A stretch of 64,000 nt of DNA, taken from the NCBI RefSeq assembly GCF_009914755.1, contig NC_060946.1; one strand, 5' to 3'. Below are positions 25,933-64,000 of this stretch, piece by piece. Made by a program: the position numbers and the translations under genes. The notes below the pieces were generated by a model. It saw nothing but the letters and a program-made list of their open reading frames with translations, did not search any database and had not been told where the DNA came from. Source of the DNA: the human T2T-CHM13v2.0 reference genome, Homo sapiens. Every line of letters starts with the position of its first letter. The first letter of the stretch is position 1.

Positions 25933-26569
25933 GTGTGTATGGAATTTAACATGTCAACTCTTATTCTGTAGCTAGTTGAGTTTATATAACGTGTTTTAGG
26001 ATACTAATTTTGGCAGAAGCTTGATTTTTTAGTTTCATTACAATGAATTATTTCCATTTTACTATCTTTATAATGTACTTATTTTTTTATATTGTGACTT
26101 TCATTCTACCATTTTGAAAAACCATTGCATACCTTTTCTGTTACAATATGTACCCTTGGAAAAGTGGAGAATTATATATCATTCCTCATAGAAAACTTAC
26201 TTTTTTCCTGTAAAAACAGTATTTTTAAGTAATTTTTGTATTGTTCTGATGAGGCAGGCCAGATTAAATCAGAGGAGAATATTTCATGGAAAGTTCCAGA
26301 AAGTTATCTTATTTCTTCACTTTCGTGAATGGACACAGAATCTGTGTCTATTTATTTCACAGATTGCAGGTTAACTTGTACAGAAAGGCCATTATACTAT
26401 TCTTTGAAATGTGCATGTTTTAGGTTAATTTACAAACTATTTGAAAATTTAGGCATTTTCTTTATCTTTAATTTAAAATATACTATAAAACTCTAAAAAT
26501 ATTTAGATTTGATATAGCATGTAAGTCAAAAATTGAGAGTTGAGAAAATTATCTTGATCCTGCCTTTGG

Positions 26570-27072
26570 ATTTTAAAAACAGTTTCACTGAGATATCATT
26601 CACATTTGAGAGAGTTCAACCATTTAAAATGTACAACTGAGTATCTATTAGTATATTCACAGCATTTTCATCACCTGAAAAGCAACCCCACATCTCCTAG
26701 GCATGAGTGCAGCCTTCCTCCATGTCCCTCCACCTACCCCTGTTGTAGGCAACCACCATCTATCTACTTTTGTCTCCATATATTTACCTGTTCTGTATAT
26801 TTCGTATACATAGCGTTATACAATATGTAGTCCTTTGTGACTGGCTTTTTCACTTAGCATAATGCTTTCAGAATTCATGCATGTTTTAGCACACATGAGT
26901 AGTTTATTTCTTCTTATAGTTAAATGATGTACTATTCCATGGCTATACTGGTTTTCCATTCATTCATCAGTTGATGGACCTTTAAGTTAGTTTCCACTTT
27001 TTAGCTATTATGAACAATGCTGCTGCGAACATTCACTTACAGGTTATTATGTGGACAGGGGTTTTTATTTCC
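26570..27072 (-). mobile_element. Old L1M 3' fragment
   Basis: ttcaaccatttaaaatgtacaact...caatatgtagtcctttgtgactggctttttcacttagcataatg...ttatgaacaatgctgctgcgaacatt. Confidence 0.8.
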
Positions 27073-28164
27073 CTGCCATTGGACTTTATCCTCAGAGTTA
27101 ATTGGGCAGATTTCAGCACTTGTCTTGCTCATGCTATCCTTTCTGCCTTCTCAGTTTCTGTTCATCTAGCCTCATTCACTCAGACGTGGCAGACAATTTA
27201 TTGTTTTCATGAAGCTTTCTCTGACTGTTCTCTCGTTGACCTTATGTGTTAGCAATCGTTGTCTAGTCTGTGCAGAAAAACTTAGTCCTTAATTTTACAT
27301 GGCTTTTATTTTTTTATGGAAGATAATTTTCTCTCATTATAAATTTGCTTAATGGGGGAATAGTATATAATATGTATGTCACCTATCCTTGCATACATTG
27401 AAAATATTTTAGCTTAGAAGTTTGTAGCATAGAATTCAATACTTCTTTATACCATACCAATTATTTCTTCTTTGAGACCTTGACACAGTAAGGTTTATAT
27501 TCTAAGTGTATTTTTAGCAATTAAATATCAAAGCCAACCCAATTAGTCTAATACAGGAGACTCGTTCAATCACATGTTTATGTTTTTCTCTCTATGAAAA
27601 AGAATCTAAATTGGTCTTTTTTCACTATGCAGCAGAACTGTGTTTCTGGACCTCTACCAGTTTGTCAGCTGAGCAGTTCTGGCTGCAGCTTGTCTGTTGA
27701 CGGATAGCACAGCCCCTCTATCTGAGTGCTCAGCAGAGTGCTTGTGAAGGCAGCACCACAGCAACAGTAGCTCAGAGCGAATGGATTCAGGAGCCTCAAT
27801 TTAGCAATAGAGTCCAGGGTTTTCAGCTCAGTGTCTTTAGCCTGTCTCTGCTGGTCATGTCAGTTATGTTCTATTCAATCCAGGAGGTGCTGTTTACATT
27901 GTAGTACATATATAGTCATTGCCTAATGAGTCATACAGAAAGAAAAGTAAGTTATAAATTATGTCCCCCATTTGCTGCAACTCTCAGTGGTAAGAATGAT
28001 TCAGTGCAGCTATAGGAGAATACTTCCATTGGCATGCCACCTGCCTAACTTACACAATTTTGTTAAGATATGCAATAAAATTATTATGCTAATAGCAAAT
28101 ATTTTATGTAGCTCACTATGTTCCACGTAGTCTTCTAAGTGCTTCATGTTAGTCCCAAGTTAAA

Positions 28165-28442
28165 CACCTGGTTTTGGAAGGCTGAGGCAGGAGGATCGCT
28201 TGAGCCCAGGAGTTTGAAACCAGCCAGAGCAATATGGTGAGACCCGGGCTCTAAAAAAAAAAAAAAAAAAAAATTAAACACTTAGCTGAGGCATGGTGAT
28301 GCATGCCTATAGTCCCAGCTACATTGGGAGGCTGTGGTAGGAGGGTCGTTTGAGCTTGGAATATTGAGGCTGTAGTGAACGGTGATCAAGCCACTGCACT
28401 CCAGGCTGGGTAACAGAGGGAGACTCTGTCTCATAAATAAAA
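28165..28442 (+). mobile_element. AluJ with an expanded middle A-run
   Basis: ggaggatcgcttgagcccaggagtttga...ctaaaaaaaaaaaaaaaaaaaattaaacacttagc...gctgtagtgaacggtgatcaagccactgcactccag. Confidence 0.88.
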
Positions 28443-28830
28443 CATTTTCTATAGATTCCCATAGAAGTGAGTTAGACATCAGTCATAGAATTATTAGCCA
28501 CTTTGATGTCTACCTTGGGAGTAAAACATATAATAAGGGGCAGCTTTAAACCATCTCAATCAATAGCCTCCAACTTCTTGAGAAGGTTCTTATTTCATGA
28601 ACTTCTAAACAAGAGACTACCTGGATTAAGACATTTGGTGGACACCATTTTGAGATGAAGAATCTTGAGTGAGAAGAAGGGAGATCTCTACTTACTGAAG
28701 CTTCCCAATGACATAGTTAAGTGTCCCCCAAAAGAAACTTTAGAAAAAGACTTTCATCATGCCACATCTCTATGGAAAAGGAATTTCTTTAAAAGAAAAT
28801 AAAGGCAAACAATTGATAATCTGATTCTCA

Positions 28831-29343
<513 letters not shown>

Positions 29344-29525
29344 CTACAAAAGTAATCTGCACCAATTAGCAATGTATGAGCATGTGGTTGAGAATATTGT
29401 CTATAATATGTGTACTAGAACGAAGAGACCTCAAGAAAATGGTCAGAGCTGGAAATGTAGATTTGGGAATCTAGGTCAAAGTTTTGAGATTTTAGGAGTC
29501 CTGAGACAATTTAAAAAGAGAATTA

Positions 29526-64000
<34,475 letters not shown>

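Overview
Primate (most likely human) nuclear DNA with no intact protein-coding gene. From left to right: (1) a ~3.8 kb SATR1/SATR2-type ~75-bp satellite that switches orientation twice; (2) an old ~0.9 kb mitochondrial insertion (NUMT: 3' COX3, tRNA-Gly and 5' ND3 on the minus strand); (3) a ~25 kb unprocessed ANKRD20A-family pseudogene fragment. It holds only coiled-coil exons, with stops, frameshifts and a dead splice donor, and is interspersed with Alu, L1, L2 and MER5 repeats. It also carries a fossil CCDC144A-like exon and an extra ANKRD26/ANKRD18-type exon; (4) an AluSx element fused to a >34 kb tandem array of a purine-rich 64-bp monomer (~534 copies, open at the window end). Unit length and the Alu adjacency match WaluSat, described in T2T-CHM13, which points to an acrocentric short arm. 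I see no evidence of a wholly new gene system. The least-described observations are the nested higher-order and domain structure of the 64-bp array, the fossil exons recording how ANKRD20A derived from an ANKRD26/CCDC144-like ancestor, and satellite inversions centred on the monomer's own palindromes. Family names come from recognition of consensus sequences from memory, not from searches.
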